Assembly: GCA_029255525.1 (NCBI GenBank)
Contig: JANLJK010000200.1
Coordinates: 67 to 64,066, forward strand
Length of the DNA stretch: 64,000 bases
Source of the DNA: Pseudolabrys sp.
GTDB taxonomy: Bacteria; Pseudomonadota; Alphaproteobacteria; Rhizobiales; Xanthobacteraceae
Reading direction: 5' to 3'
Position numbers and translations under genes: made by a program. This document shows positions 17,004-26,292 of this stretch, one piece after another (the stretch's first letter is position 1; each line of letters begins with the position of its first letter). The notes under the pieces were generated by a model, which was given only the letters and a program-made list of their open reading frames with translations, did not search any database and was not told the origin of the DNA.

Positions 17004-18890
17004 ATGCCTTCTGTAATCCGCAAGGCGGAATCCGCGTCATCAGCGCCTTTGCGCACCGTGCGCCTGGGCACGCCTGAGGCCGTGCTCGAACGGCGGCCCG
17101 ACGGCACGCTCTATCTGCGCGCCAAAGAATCCCTGGCCGATTATCACGACAAGCTGAGCCAGCCCTTGGATCATTGGGCCAAGGCCGCACCGGACCGCGT
17201 GTTCCTGGCGCAGCGCGATGCCGAAGGCCGCTGGCGCGAGATGACCTACGCGCAGGTGCACGATGCCGTACGACGTATCGGTGCGTCGCTGTTGCGACGA
17301 GGGCTGTCGCCCGAACGACCAATCGCCGTGCTGTCCGGCAACTGCATCGAGCAGGCGCTGTTGGGCCTTGCCGCCATGTATGTCGGCATTCCTTACGCGC
17401 CGATCTCGCCTGCCTATTCGCTGATGTCGAGCGACTTCGGCAAGCTGCGTATCATTATAGCGCTGCTCACGCCCGGCATGGTGTTCGCCAATGATGGCGC
17501 GTCCTTCGCGCGCGCGATCGACACCGTCATCCCCGAGGACGTCGAACTAGTGGTGGCGCGCAATGCGCCGGCGAACCGCAAGACAACGCTCTTTGCCGAG
17601 TTGATCGGCACCGAGGACGCAGCCAGCGTCGCCGCAGCGCACGGAGCCGTCACCCCCGACAGCATCGCCAAGTTTCTGTTCACGTCCGGCTCGACCGGCA
17701 CGCCGAAGGGCGTCATCAATACGCACCGCATGCTGTGCTCGAACCAGGCGATGCTCGGCACGGGCTTCCAGTTCCTCACCGACGAGCCACCCGTGGTGCT
17801 CGACTGGCTGCCCTGGAGCCACACCTTCGGCAGCAACCACAACTTCAACATGGTGCTGATGAACGGCGGCTCGCTCTATATAGACGACGGCAATCCGACA
17901 CCGCCGGGCGTGCCGAAAACCGTACGTAATCTGCGCGAGATCGCACCGACGATCTATTTCAATGTGCCCAAAGGCTATGAGGCGCTGATCTCGCATCTGC
18001 GCGCCGACGACACGCTGCGCAAGAACTTCTTCAGCCGGCTAAAGGCGCTGTTCTATGCCGGCGCCGGCCTGAACCAGACGACATGGGACGAACTGACTGA
18101 ACTCGCGGTCGAGACCACCGGTGAGCGCATCATCTTCCTGACGTCCCTCGGTTCGACCGAGACCGCGCCGGGGGCGCTCGCCTGCACTTGGGACTTCGAC
18201 AAGGCTGGCAATATCGGCCTGCCTTACCCCGGCGTCGAATTGAAGCTGGTGCCAAACGAAGGCAAATTGGAAGCGCGCCTCCGCGGCCCACTGATTACGC
18301 CGGGCTATTGGCGGCAGGAGCACCTGACGCGCGACGCCTTCGACGAAGAAGGCTTCTACAAGATCGGCGACGCGCTCAAGTTCGTCGATCCAACCGATCC
18401 GCAGAAAGGCCTGTTGTTCGACGGCCGCATCGCCGAGGACTTCAAGCTCTCAACTGGCACCTGGGTGAGCGTCGGACCGTTGCGCGGGCGCTTTGTCGAC
18501 GCGTTGGCGCCCTATGTGCGCGACGTGGTCTTCGCCGGCGCCAACCAGGATGAGCTCGGCGCGCTGGTGTTCCCGGACATCGAAGCCTGCCGCAAGCTCG
18601 CGGGGCTCGATGCAACAGCTTCACCGGCCGACATCGTCGCCCATCCCAAAGTGCGCGCCACCTTCCGCGATCTGCTAAAGTCGCTGGCCGCCACCAGCGC
18701 CGGCTCGTCGACGCGCGTGACCCGCGCGATCCTGATGGCGGAACTACCGTCGATGGACAAAGGCGAGATGACCGACAAAGGCTCGATCAACCAGCGCGCC
18801 GTGCTGGCGAACCGCGCCAACGTAGTGGCGGCGCTCTATGCCGAGCCGCTTGCGCCCGACGTCATTTCAATCGCGGAACGTACACAATGA
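17004..18890 (+). CDS. fcs: Feruloyl-CoA synthetase-like acyl-CoA ligase, copy 1
   Basis: FTSGSTGTPKG, DWLPWSHTFG, GSTET, EDFKLSTGTWV, EMTDKGSINQRAVL. Confidence 0.88.
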   Translation: MPSVIRKAESASSAPLRTVRLGTPEAVLERRPDGTLYLRAKESLADYHDKLSQPLDHWAKAAPDRVFLAQRDAEGRWREMTYAQVHDAVRRIGASLLRRGLSPERPIAVLSGNCIEQALLGLAAMYVGIPYAPISPAYSLMSSDFGKLRIIIALLTPGMVFANDGASFARAIDTVIPEDVELVVARNAPANRKTTLFAELIGTEDAASVAAAHGAVTPDSIAKFLFTSGSTGTPKGVINTHRMLCSNQAMLGTGFQFLTDEPPVVLDWLPWSHTFGSNHNFNMVLMNGGSLYIDDGNPTPPGVPKTVRNLREIAPTIYFNVPKGYEALISHLRADDTLRKNFFSRLKALFYAGAGLNQTTWDELTELAVETTGERIIFLTSLGSTETAPGALACTWDFDKAGNIGLPYPGVELKLVPNEGKLEARLRGPLITPGYWRQEHLTRDAFDEEGFYKIGDALKFVDPTDPQKGLLFDGRIAEDFKLSTGTWVSVGPLRGRFVDALAPYVRDVVFAGANQDELGALVFPDIEACRKLAGLDATASPADIVAHPKVRATFRDLLKSLAATSAGSSTRVTRAILMAELPSMDKGEMTDKGSINQRAVLANRANVVAALYAEPLAPDVISIAERTQ

Positions 18891-20746
18891 CCGACGCCGC
18901 CCGCTCCCTCACGGCCCGCATCCGCCCGGTCAAGCTCGGCCCACAGGATGTCACCGTCGAGCGCCGCGCCGACGATTGCCTCATCCTGCGCTCGCCGCAG
19001 CCGCTGAGCCCTTATCCCGAAAGGCTCACCGAGCGGCTGGAGTACTGGGCCAAGGCGGCGCCCGACCGCGCTTTCATGGCGCAGCGCGACGGCAAAGGCG
19101 GATGGCGCACCGTGACCTATGCGCAGGCGCTTGCGAGCGCGCGGGCCATCGGCGAGGCGTTGCTCGCGCGCAAGCTGTCGCCCGAGCGGCCCATCGTCAT
19201 TCTGTCCGGCAACGACATCGAGCATGCGCTCATCGGCCTTGCGGCGATCTATGTCGGCGTCCCTTACGCGCCAATCTCGCCCGCCTACTCGCTGGTGTCG
19301 CAGGACTTCGCCCGGTTGCGCGCGATCTTCGACCTGATCACGCCCGGCCTCGTCTTCGCCGCCGACGGCAAGACCTTCGCCCGCGCCATCGACACCATCG
19401 TGCCGAAGGACGTCGAGATCGTCGTCGCGCGCAATCCGATCGCCGACCGCACCACCGACTTCGGCGACCTGCATGCGACACCCACCGCCGCGGTCGACGC
19501 CGCCAATGCCGCGGTCGGCCCCGACACCATCGCCAAATTCCTGTTCACCTCCGGCTCCACCGGCACACCGAAATGCGTGATCAACACGCAGCGCATGTGG
19601 TGCGCGAACCAGGTGATGCTGCGCCAGGGGCTCGCTTACTTCGAGGACGAGCCGCCGATCGTACTTGATTGGGCGCCGTGGCATCACACCGCCGGCGGCA
19701 ATCACGACGTCGGCTTGGTGCTGTTCAACGGCGGCACGTTCTATATCGATGAAGGCAAACCGCTGCCCGGCGCCATCGAGGAAACCGTACGCAATCTGCG
19801 CGAAATCGCCTCGACTTGGTACTTCACCGTGCCCAAAGGCTACGAGGCGCTGCTGCCGCATCTGCGCGCGGACGCGGACTTGCGCCGCACCTTCTTCAGC
19901 CGCGTGAAGGTGCTGTGGTTCGCCGGTGCCGGCATCGCGCAACACGTGTTCGACGAGATGAACGAGCTCGCCGTGCAGGCTTGCGGCGAACAGGTACTGT
20001 TTCTGACCGGCTTCGGCGCCACAGAGACGGCGCCTTGCGTGCTGGCGCGCACCTGGGCGACGGACAATGCCGCCAATATGGGCCTGCCGGCCGCAGGCCT
20101 CGAGCTGAAGCTCGTGCCCTTCGAAGGCAAATTGGAAGCGCGCGTACGCGGACCCAACATTACGCCTGGCTATTGGCGGCAGCCGGAATTCACCGCCGCC
20201 GCCTTCGACGAGGAAGGCTTCTACCGGCTCGGCGATACCTTTAAGTTCGCCGACCCGAACGATCCCAAGCAGGGCCTGTTGTTCGATGGCCGCATGGCGG
20301 AGGACTTTAAGCTCTCGACCGGCACCTGGGTGAGCGTCGGACCCTTGCGCGCGCAATTCATCAATGCCTGTGCGCCTTACGCCCGCGACGTGGTCTTCGC
20401 CGGCCTCGACCGCGATGATATCACTGCGCTCGTGTTCCCTGACGTCGATGCCTGCCGCAAGCTCCTGCATCGCGCACCGGAGACTCCGGCCACGCAGATC
20501 ATCGAGCACTACGACGTGCGCCAGCACTTCGCCAAGCTCTTGTCCGCTATGGCGCGAAAAGCGACCGGCTCGTCCAACCGCGTGGCGCGCATCATTCTGT
20601 TGACCGACCCGCCGTCGATGGACAAAGGCGAGATGACCGACAAAGGCTCGATCAACCAGCGCGCCGTGTTAAAGAACCGCGCGGCGCTGGTGAACGAGCT
20701 TTACGCCGACGAGGTGTCGGCCCGCGTGATCAAGATCGAGGAGTAA
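18887..20746 (+). CDS. fcs: Feruloyl-CoA synthetase-like acyl-CoA ligase, copy 2
   Basis: FTSGSTGTPKC, DWAPWHHTAG, GATET, TDKGSINQRAVL; ATGA overlap with copy 1. Confidence 0.88.
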   Translation: MTDAARSLTARIRPVKLGPQDVTVERRADDCLILRSPQPLSPYPERLTERLEYWAKAAPDRAFMAQRDGKGGWRTVTYAQALASARAIGEALLARKLSPERPIVILSGNDIEHALIGLAAIYVGVPYAPISPAYSLVSQDFARLRAIFDLITPGLVFAADGKTFARAIDTIVPKDVEIVVARNPIADRTTDFGDLHATPTAAVDAANAAVGPDTIAKFLFTSGSTGTPKCVINTQRMWCANQVMLRQGLAYFEDEPPIVLDWAPWHHTAGGNHDVGLVLFNGGTFYIDEGKPLPGAIEETVRNLREIASTWYFTVPKGYEALLPHLRADADLRRTFFSRVKVLWFAGAGIAQHVFDEMNELAVQACGEQVLFLTGFGATETAPCVLARTWATDNAANMGLPAAGLELKLVPFEGKLEARVRGPNITPGYWRQPEFTAAAFDEEGFYRLGDTFKFADPNDPKQGLLFDGRMAEDFKLSTGTWVSVGPLRAQFINACAPYARDVVFAGLDRDDITALVFPDVDACRKLLHRAPETPATQIIEHYDVRQHFAKLLSAMARKATGSSNRVARIILLTDPPSMDKGEMTDKGSINQRAVLKNRAALVNELYADEVSARVIKIEE

Positions 20747-20751
20747 AGCGA

Positions 20752-21993
20752 GTGACAGACAAGACCGCCGGTATCGGCGCAACCTATGAAGATGCTTGGC
20801 TGATCGACGGCGCGCGCACGCCATTTGCCGATTACAACGGACCACTGGCCTCGGTGTCGCCCATCGACCTCGGCATCAAGGCCGCACGCGAGGCGTTCAA
20901 GAAGACCGGTATCACGCCGAAGGACGTCGGCACGGTTATCGCCGGCAACATGGCGCAAGCCAGCTTCGACGCCTATATGCTGCCGCGCCACATCGGCCTC
21001 TATTCCGGCGTGTCAACCGAAACACCGGCTCATCTCGTGCAGCGTGTCTGCGGCACCGGCATTGAAGTCTTGGCGCAAGCCTCCGACGCGGTATCGCTCG
21101 GCCGCGCCGAGTTGGCGCTCTGCGTCGGCACCGAAAGCATGAGCCGCAATCCGGTCGCGGCCTATACCCATCGCGGCGGCTTCCGCATGGGTCAGGTGGA
21201 GTTCAAGGACTTCCTGTGGGAGGCACTGCTCGATCCCGCCGCCGGCTGCACGATGGGCGACACCGCCGAGAACCTCGCCAAACAGTACCAGATCACGCGG
21301 CCGCAGGTGGACGAGTACGCCGCGCGCTCTTTCGAGCGCGCCGTGAAGGCGCAAGCCAGCGGTTTCTTCGACGGCGAAATCATGCCAGTCGCCACGGAGA
21401 AGTTTGAGATCGATGGCCTGAACGCGCGTGGTATCAGGATCAAGGCCGAGGTCACGGCCGACACCCACGTGCGGCCATCGCCGGTGGATCAGCTCGCCAA
21501 GATCAGGCCGGCCTTCGGCGGCGTGCAGACCGGCGGCAACTCATCGGCGATCGTCGATGGCGCGGCGGCCATTCTGGTCGGCACCAAGGATTACGCCCAC
21601 AAGCACGGCAAAACGCCGTTGGCGCGCATCATCGCCAGCGCCGCCGTCGGCGTACCACCGGAGATCATGGGCATCGGCCCGGTGCCGGCAATCCAGGCTG
21701 TGCTCAAGAAGGCTGGCCTCACGCTCGATGCCATCGACCGCTTCGAGATCAACGAAGCCTTCGGCGCGCAGGTGATGGCCTGCGCCCAGGCACTGCCGCT
21801 CGACGAAGACAAGCTCAACGTCAATGGCGGCGCCATCGCCATCGGCCATCCGTTAGGAGCCACCGGCATCCGGCTGACGCTGACGCTCGCGCGCGAATTG
21901 AGGCGCAGCGGCCTGCGCTATGGTATCTCCTCCGCCTGCATCGGCGGCGGCCAGGGCATCGCACTGCTGATCCAAAATCCGGACGCCGCTTGA
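20752..21993 (+). CDS. Thiolase family protein
   Basis: ARTPF, QRVCGTG, NEAFG, GHPLG, CIGGGQG. Confidence 0.9.
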   Translation: MTDKTAGIGATYEDAWLIDGARTPFADYNGPLASVSPIDLGIKAAREAFKKTGITPKDVGTVIAGNMAQASFDAYMLPRHIGLYSGVSTETPAHLVQRVCGTGIEVLAQASDAVSLGRAELALCVGTESMSRNPVAAYTHRGGFRMGQVEFKDFLWEALLDPAAGCTMGDTAENLAKQYQITRPQVDEYAARSFERAVKAQASGFFDGEIMPVATEKFEIDGLNARGIRIKAEVTADTHVRPSPVDQLAKIRPAFGGVQTGGNSSAIVDGAAAILVGTKDYAHKHGKTPLARIIASAAVGVPPEIMGIGPVPAIQAVLKKAGLTLDAIDRFEINEAFGAQVMACAQALPLDEDKLNVNGGAIAIGHPLGATGIRLTLTLARELRRSGLRYGISSACIGGGQGIALLIQNPDAA

Positions 21994-22002
21994 TAACGAG
22001 AA

Positions 22003-22075
22003 CCGCTCGTCCCCGCGAAAGCGGGGACCCAGTTGTGCAGTCCAACTGGATTCCCGCTTTCGCGGGAATGAACGG
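22003..22075. repeat. REP-like palindrome, same family as 2222-2294
   Basis: CGTCCCCGCGAAAGCGGGGACCCAG...CTGGATTCCCGCTTTCGCGGGAATGA. Confidence 0.88.
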
Positions 22076-22105
22076 AGTGTGGGGCTGGCAAAGAGGATAA
22101 ACGGT

Positions 22106-22867
22106 ATGGAAATCAAAGGACATTCCGCCATCGTCACCGGTGGTGGATCGGGCTTAGGGGCGGCAACTGCACGCGCTCTGGCGGCGGCGGGCGCCAAGGT
22201 CGCGCTGCTCGACATCAACGAAAAGGCGGCCGCCGAGGTGGCCAAGGAAATCGGCGGCGTGGCAGTGGCCTGCGACGTCGCGGACAGCGCCAGCGGCGAA
22301 GCGGCGGTGAAGAAGGCCAACGAAGCGGTCGGCGTGCCGCGTGTGCTGGTGAACTGCGCCGGTGTCGGTCCCGCCAAGCGCATTGTCGGCAAGGACGGCC
22401 CGATGCCCCTCGCCGACTATGAGCGCGTGATCCGCATCAACCTGATCGGCACCTTCAACATGATGCGACTGGTCGGCCACGCGATGCAGTCGCTTGAGCC
22501 CCTCGCCGATGGCGAGCGCGGCGTCATCGTCTCGACCGCCTCGGTCGCCGCCTTCGAAGGCCAGGTTGGCCAAGCGGCCTATGCGTCATCCAAAGGGGGC
22601 GTCGCGGCGCTGACCATGCCGGCGGCGCGCGAGTTCTCGCAGTTCGGCATCCGCGTGATGGCGATCGCGCCGGGCATTTTCGCAACGCCGATGCTGACCG
22701 CGCTGCCGAAGGAGACGCAGGACTCGCTCGGCGCCGCCGTGCCCTTCCCGAAGCGCCTGGGCCAAGCCCGCGAATACGCCGCCCTGGTGCTGCACTGCGT
22801 GCACAACACCTATCTCAACGGCGAGGTGATCCGTCTCGATGGCGCGTTGCGCATGGCCCCGCGCTGA
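22106..22867 (+). CDS. SDR family 3-hydroxyacyl-CoA dehydrogenase (type II-like)
   Basis: [40 protein letters not shown]. Confidence 0.9.
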   Translation: MEIKGHSAIVTGGGSGLGAATARALAAAGAKVALLDINEKAAAEVAKEIGGVAVACDVADSASGEAAVKKANEAVGVPRVLVNCAGVGPAKRIVGKDGPMPLADYERVIRINLIGTFNMMRLVGHAMQSLEPLADGERGVIVSTASVAAFEGQVGQAAYASSKGGVAALTMPAAREFSQFGIRVMAIAPGIFATPMLTALPKETQDSLGAAVPFPKRLGQAREYAALVLHCVHNTYLNGEVIRLDGALRMAPR

Positions 22868-22874
22868 TCGCGGC

Positions 22875-23495
22875 ATGACGCAAGACGCCGAGCGGATCGT
22901 CGGCCTTTACGAGCGCCACGCGCGCGCCTGGCACGCCGACCGCAACCGGAATGCCGCGGCGCTTATGGAAAAGGCGTGGCTCGACCGCTTCCTGACCTTC
23001 GTTCCCGACGGCGGGACGGTGCTCGATATCGGCTGCGGCTCGGGCAAGCCGATTGCCGCCTATCTCATTGGGCGCGGCTACGATGTGACGGGCGTCGATT
23101 CCTCGCCCACGATGATTGAGCTCGCCCGCGGCAATTTTCCCGGCCAGGACTGGCTGGTCGCAGACATGCGCTATCTTGCGCTCAGACGACGCTTTCAGGG
23201 GTTGATCGCCTGGGACAGCTTCTTCCATCTCACCTATGACGATCAGCGGCGGATGTTTCCCATCTTCCGTGCACATGCGGCACCGGACGCCGCCCTGATG
23301 TTCTCAAGCGGCCCGCGGTATGGCGAAGCCATCGGCAACCTGCATGGCGAGCCGCTCTATCACGCGAGCCTCGACCCCGACGAGTACCGTTCCTTGCTCG
23401 CTACTAACGGCTTTGCCGTCGTGGCCCATGTCGCCGAGGACCCGACCTGTGGCGGCCATACCGTTTGGCTGGCCCGGCGCGTCAAAGACGGCTAA
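22875..23495 (+). CDS. Class I SAM-dependent methyltransferase
   Basis: VLDIGCGSG, GVDSS, ADMR, AWDSFFHL. Confidence 0.85.
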   Translation: MTQDAERIVGLYERHARAWHADRNRNAAALMEKAWLDRFLTFVPDGGTVLDIGCGSGKPIAAYLIGRGYDVTGVDSSPTMIELARGNFPGQDWLVADMRYLALRRRFQGLIAWDSFFHLTYDDQRRMFPIFRAHAAPDAALMFSSGPRYGEAIGNLHGEPLYHASLDPDEYRSLLATNGFAVVAHVAEDPTCGGHTVWLARRVKDG

Positions 23496-23537
23496 GACGA
23501 TCTCAATTCACGCTCCGGGGCCTTGGACCATCGCCGC

Positions 23538-23951
23538 ATGACCTTCAGCATTTCCCGCACTGTGCGCATCGAATGGGGCGACTGCGACCCCGCCGGCATC
23601 ATCTTCTACCCGCGCTATTTCGAGATCTTCGACGCCTCGACCGCGCTGATATTCGAAGCCGCGCTCGGCATCACCAAATTTCAGATGTTCAAGACGCTGG
23701 ATTTTTCCGGCTGGCCCATGGTGCGCACCCACGCCCGTTTCCTCAAGCCCACCCGCTTCGGCGACGACGTGATCGTGGAGAGTTCCATCACTTTCGGCCG
23801 GTCGAGCTTCGACGTCGAACACCGGTTGAGTCTCAACGGCGAAACCTGCGTCGAATGCTCCGACAAGCGGGTCTGGACCGTGCGTGACACCGAAGGACGG
23901 ATGAAGTCGCATCCGGTACCGGAAGACGTGCTGGCGAAATTCAAGCAGTAG
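23538..23951 (+). CDS. Hotdog-fold acyl-CoA thioesterase (4-hydroxybenzoyl-CoA thioesterase-like)
   Basis: EWGDCDPAGIIFYPRYF, P.RFGD. Confidence 0.88.
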   Translation: MTFSISRTVRIEWGDCDPAGIIFYPRYFEIFDASTALIFEAALGITKFQMFKTLDFSGWPMVRTHARFLKPTRFGDDVIVESSITFGRSSFDVEHRLSLNGETCVECSDKRVWTVRDTEGRMKSHPVPEDVLAKFKQ

Positions 23952-23952
23952 T

Positions 23953-24447
23953 CTACTCGATCTCCGCGGCGATCCGCTTCAGGATATCCAGGAACCGCTT
24001 CTTATCGCGCAGGCCGATGATGCGATCGAGATTGCGCTCGTGCCGGCGCGCCGCGCGCGTCATCAAGGCGAGCGTTCTCTTGCCGGTTGCCGTCAGGTTG
24101 AGCCGGTAAGTCCGCCGGTCGCTGTCGACGCGCTTACGTTCCACCAGACCGCGCCGCACCAGATCCTCGACTACCGGCGTGAGGCTGGACTTGTCGCGGC
24201 CGTTCGCTTGGCTGAGCTCGGTCTGGCTGATGCCCGGATTGCACGCGATCAGCGTCAGCGTACCGAAGCGGCCGGGGCTTTCGCCGATCGCCTTCGAACG
24301 GTGAGAGAACGCATCGAAAGTCGCCTCCTGCGCCATGCGCAGATTGAAGCCGACCCAGGTCGCGAGCGGCCCGAAATCAATCGATTTGGCAACGGCTTCA
24401 CCGTTCTTGCCACGGCGGGTCGCGCCTTTGCCTTTTCGCACTGCCAC
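23953..24447 (-). CDS. MarR family transcriptional regulator
   Basis: NPGISQTEL, DKSS, LV.RGLV.R, DRR.Y.L.LT..G; GTG 24447 has a GGAGG SD (ATG 24486 is the alternative). Confidence 0.9.
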   Translation of the reverse strand: MAVRKGKGATRRGKNGEAVAKSIDFGPLATWVGFNLRMAQEATFDAFSHRSKAIGESPGRFGTLTLIACNPGISQTELSQANGRDKSSLTPVVEDLVRRGLVERKRVDSDRRTYRLNLTATGKRTLALMTRAARRHERNLDRIIGLRDKKRFLDILKRIAAEIE

Positions 24448-24499
24448 AACGATCGCCTCCAGTGGGATTCCGATGGCCTTGCCCATCGGGCCCTCGCCT

Positions 24500-24519
24500 A
24501 TAGTTTGAGATCAAACTAA
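24500..24519. promoter_or_regulatory. Candidate MarR operator between marR and dctP
   Basis: Perfect TAGTTTGA-GA-TCAAACTA inverted repeat; related site at 27631. Confidence 0.7.
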
Positions 24520-24598
24520 CTCTTTACAACGCCCCGGACATCCGGCTCAATGTCGTAAAAGTTGGCGATGCAACCAACACCAACCAAGGGAGGATGCC

Positions 24599-25630
24599 AT
24601 GAGAACCCGTTTTGCGGGCTATGTCTACGCTACCGCTTTGGCCATGGCCGTCGGTGGCGCTTCCGGCGCGATGGCGCAGGAAAAAACCTTTGATCTCAAA
24701 TTGTCACATTGGGTCCCACCTTCGCATCCGTTGCAGAAGGCCTTGGAAGATTGGGGCTCGTCGGTCGAGAAGGATTCCGGCGGTACAATTAAGTACAAAG
24801 TTTATCCGGCACAGCAACTCGGCAAGGCCTTCGACCATTATGACATGGCGCGCGACGGCATCGCCGATCTCACTTACATCAATCCCGGCTATCAGCCCGG
24901 CCGTTTCCCGATCATCGGTGCCGGCGAGCTACCGTTCCTGATGACCAACGGCAAAGAGGGCTCGCAGGCCTTCGATGCCTGGTACCGCAAATACGCCGAG
25001 AAGGAGATGAAGGACGTCAAGTTCTGCCTCGCCTTCGTGCACGATCCCGGCACGTTTCACTCCAAGTCCAAGAAGATCATGGTGCCCGGCGACGTGAAGG
25101 GCATGAAGATCCGCCCCGCGCACGCCACCATGGCAACCTTCGTCACACAGCTCGGCGGCACCAACGTGCAGTCGAGCGCGCCCGAGGTCCGCGACATCCT
25201 GGAGAAGGGCGTCGCCGACGCGGTCACCTTCCCGTGGGGATCGATCCCGCTGTTCGGCATCGACAAGGTGACCAAGTATCACATGGAGGTCCCGCTCTAC
25301 GTGACCACCTTCGCCTTCGTGTTCAACAAGGACAAATACAACCAGATGTCCGCGAAGCAGAAGAAGGTGATCGACGATCATTGCACCAACGAATGGGCGC
25401 TCCGCGTCGCAAGCCCCTGGGCTGACTTCGAGCACGGCGGCATCGCCAAGCTCAAGGCAGCGGGCAACGACGTCTACCAGATCACACCGGCGCAACTCGC
25501 CGAATGGAAGAAGGCAGCCGAGCCGTTGGAGAAATCGTGGGCCGACAACGTCAAGAAGGTCGGCGGCAACCCCGACACCATCATGAAGGAGCTCAAGGCC
25601 GAGCTCGTCAAGTTCAAGTCGGCCTATTGA
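24599..25630 (+). CDS. dctP: TRAP transporter substrate-binding protein (aromatic acid, TarP-like)
   Basis: Signal peptide, LKLSHWVP, PAQQLG, KGMKIRP, LEKGVAD; GGAGG SD. Confidence 0.92.
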   Translation: MRTRFAGYVYATALAMAVGGASGAMAQEKTFDLKLSHWVPPSHPLQKALEDWGSSVEKDSGGTIKYKVYPAQQLGKAFDHYDMARDGIADLTYINPGYQPGRFPIIGAGELPFLMTNGKEGSQAFDAWYRKYAEKEMKDVKFCLAFVHDPGTFHSKSKKIMVPGDVKGMKIRPAHATMATFVTQLGGTNVQSSAPEVRDILEKGVADAVTFPWGSIPLFGIDKVTKYHMEVPLYVTTFAFVFNKDKYNQMSAKQKKVIDDHCTNEWALRVASPWADFEHGGIAKLKAAGNDVYQITPAQLAEWKKAAEPLEKSWADNVKKVGGNPDTIMKELKAELVKFKSAY

Positions 25631-25661
25631 TGCCCAATTGGGGCCATTGACCGCAGCAACA

Positions 25662-25691
25662 CGCATCGGACGCCCCGCATCGTCCGATGCG
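25662..25691 (+). terminator. Intercistronic hairpin after dctP
   Basis: CGCATCGGACG-8 nt-CGTCCGATGCG followed by cctctttt. Confidence 0.5.
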
Positions 25692-25709
25692 CCTCTTTTG
25701 AGGACATAC

Positions 25710-26291
25710 ATGGCCGAAAAAGTCATGAATGAGGAAGACGTCGACAAGCGGCTCGCGGGTGGAGACGGCGCACCACCAGCGCGGCGCAGCATGATGGACC
25801 GCTTCATCGACGGTATCGAACTAATTGCCGCCTTCTTCGTCGGTATCGTGGCCGCCGATATCTTCGTCTCGGTGCTGCTGCGCTACTTCTTCAGCATCCA
25901 GATCCCGGACGCTTACGACTTCGGTCGGCTGCTGCTCGGCATTCTGATCTTCTGGGGCATCGCCGCGACGTCTTACCGCGGCACGCACATCACCGTCGAC
26001 TTGGTCTACACGAACGTCAACGAACGTTATCAGCGTTTCATCGACGTATTTGCGACGCTGGTTCTGCTCTTCGTGGTGACGGTGCAGACTTACACGTTGT
26101 TCGACAAGGTCACCAGCACATACAGCGACAACGTCCTCACCTTCGACCTGCGCCTGCCGACTTGGCCGTTCTTCCTCGTGGCATGGCTTGGCGACGTGTC
26201 CGCGGTGCTGCTGATTGCCGTGCGCACCTATCGCCTGATCTTCCAGCCCGAGAAAATGGAAGGCGGCTACCGAATGAAGCCGGTAGAATGA
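25710..26291 (+). CDS. dctQ: TRAP transporter small permease
   Basis: About 4 TM segments, V..RY, HITVD; GAGGA SD before ATG 25710. Confidence 0.9.
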   Translation: MAEKVMNEEDVDKRLAGGDGAPPARRSMMDRFIDGIELIAAFFVGIVAADIFVSVLLRYFFSIQIPDAYDFGRLLLGILIFWGIAATSYRGTHITVDLVYTNVNERYQRFIDVFATLVLLFVVTVQTYTLFDKVTSTYSDNVLTFDLRLPTWPFFLVAWLGDVSAVLLIAVRTYRLIFQPEKMEGGYRMKPVE

Positions 26292-26292
26292 C

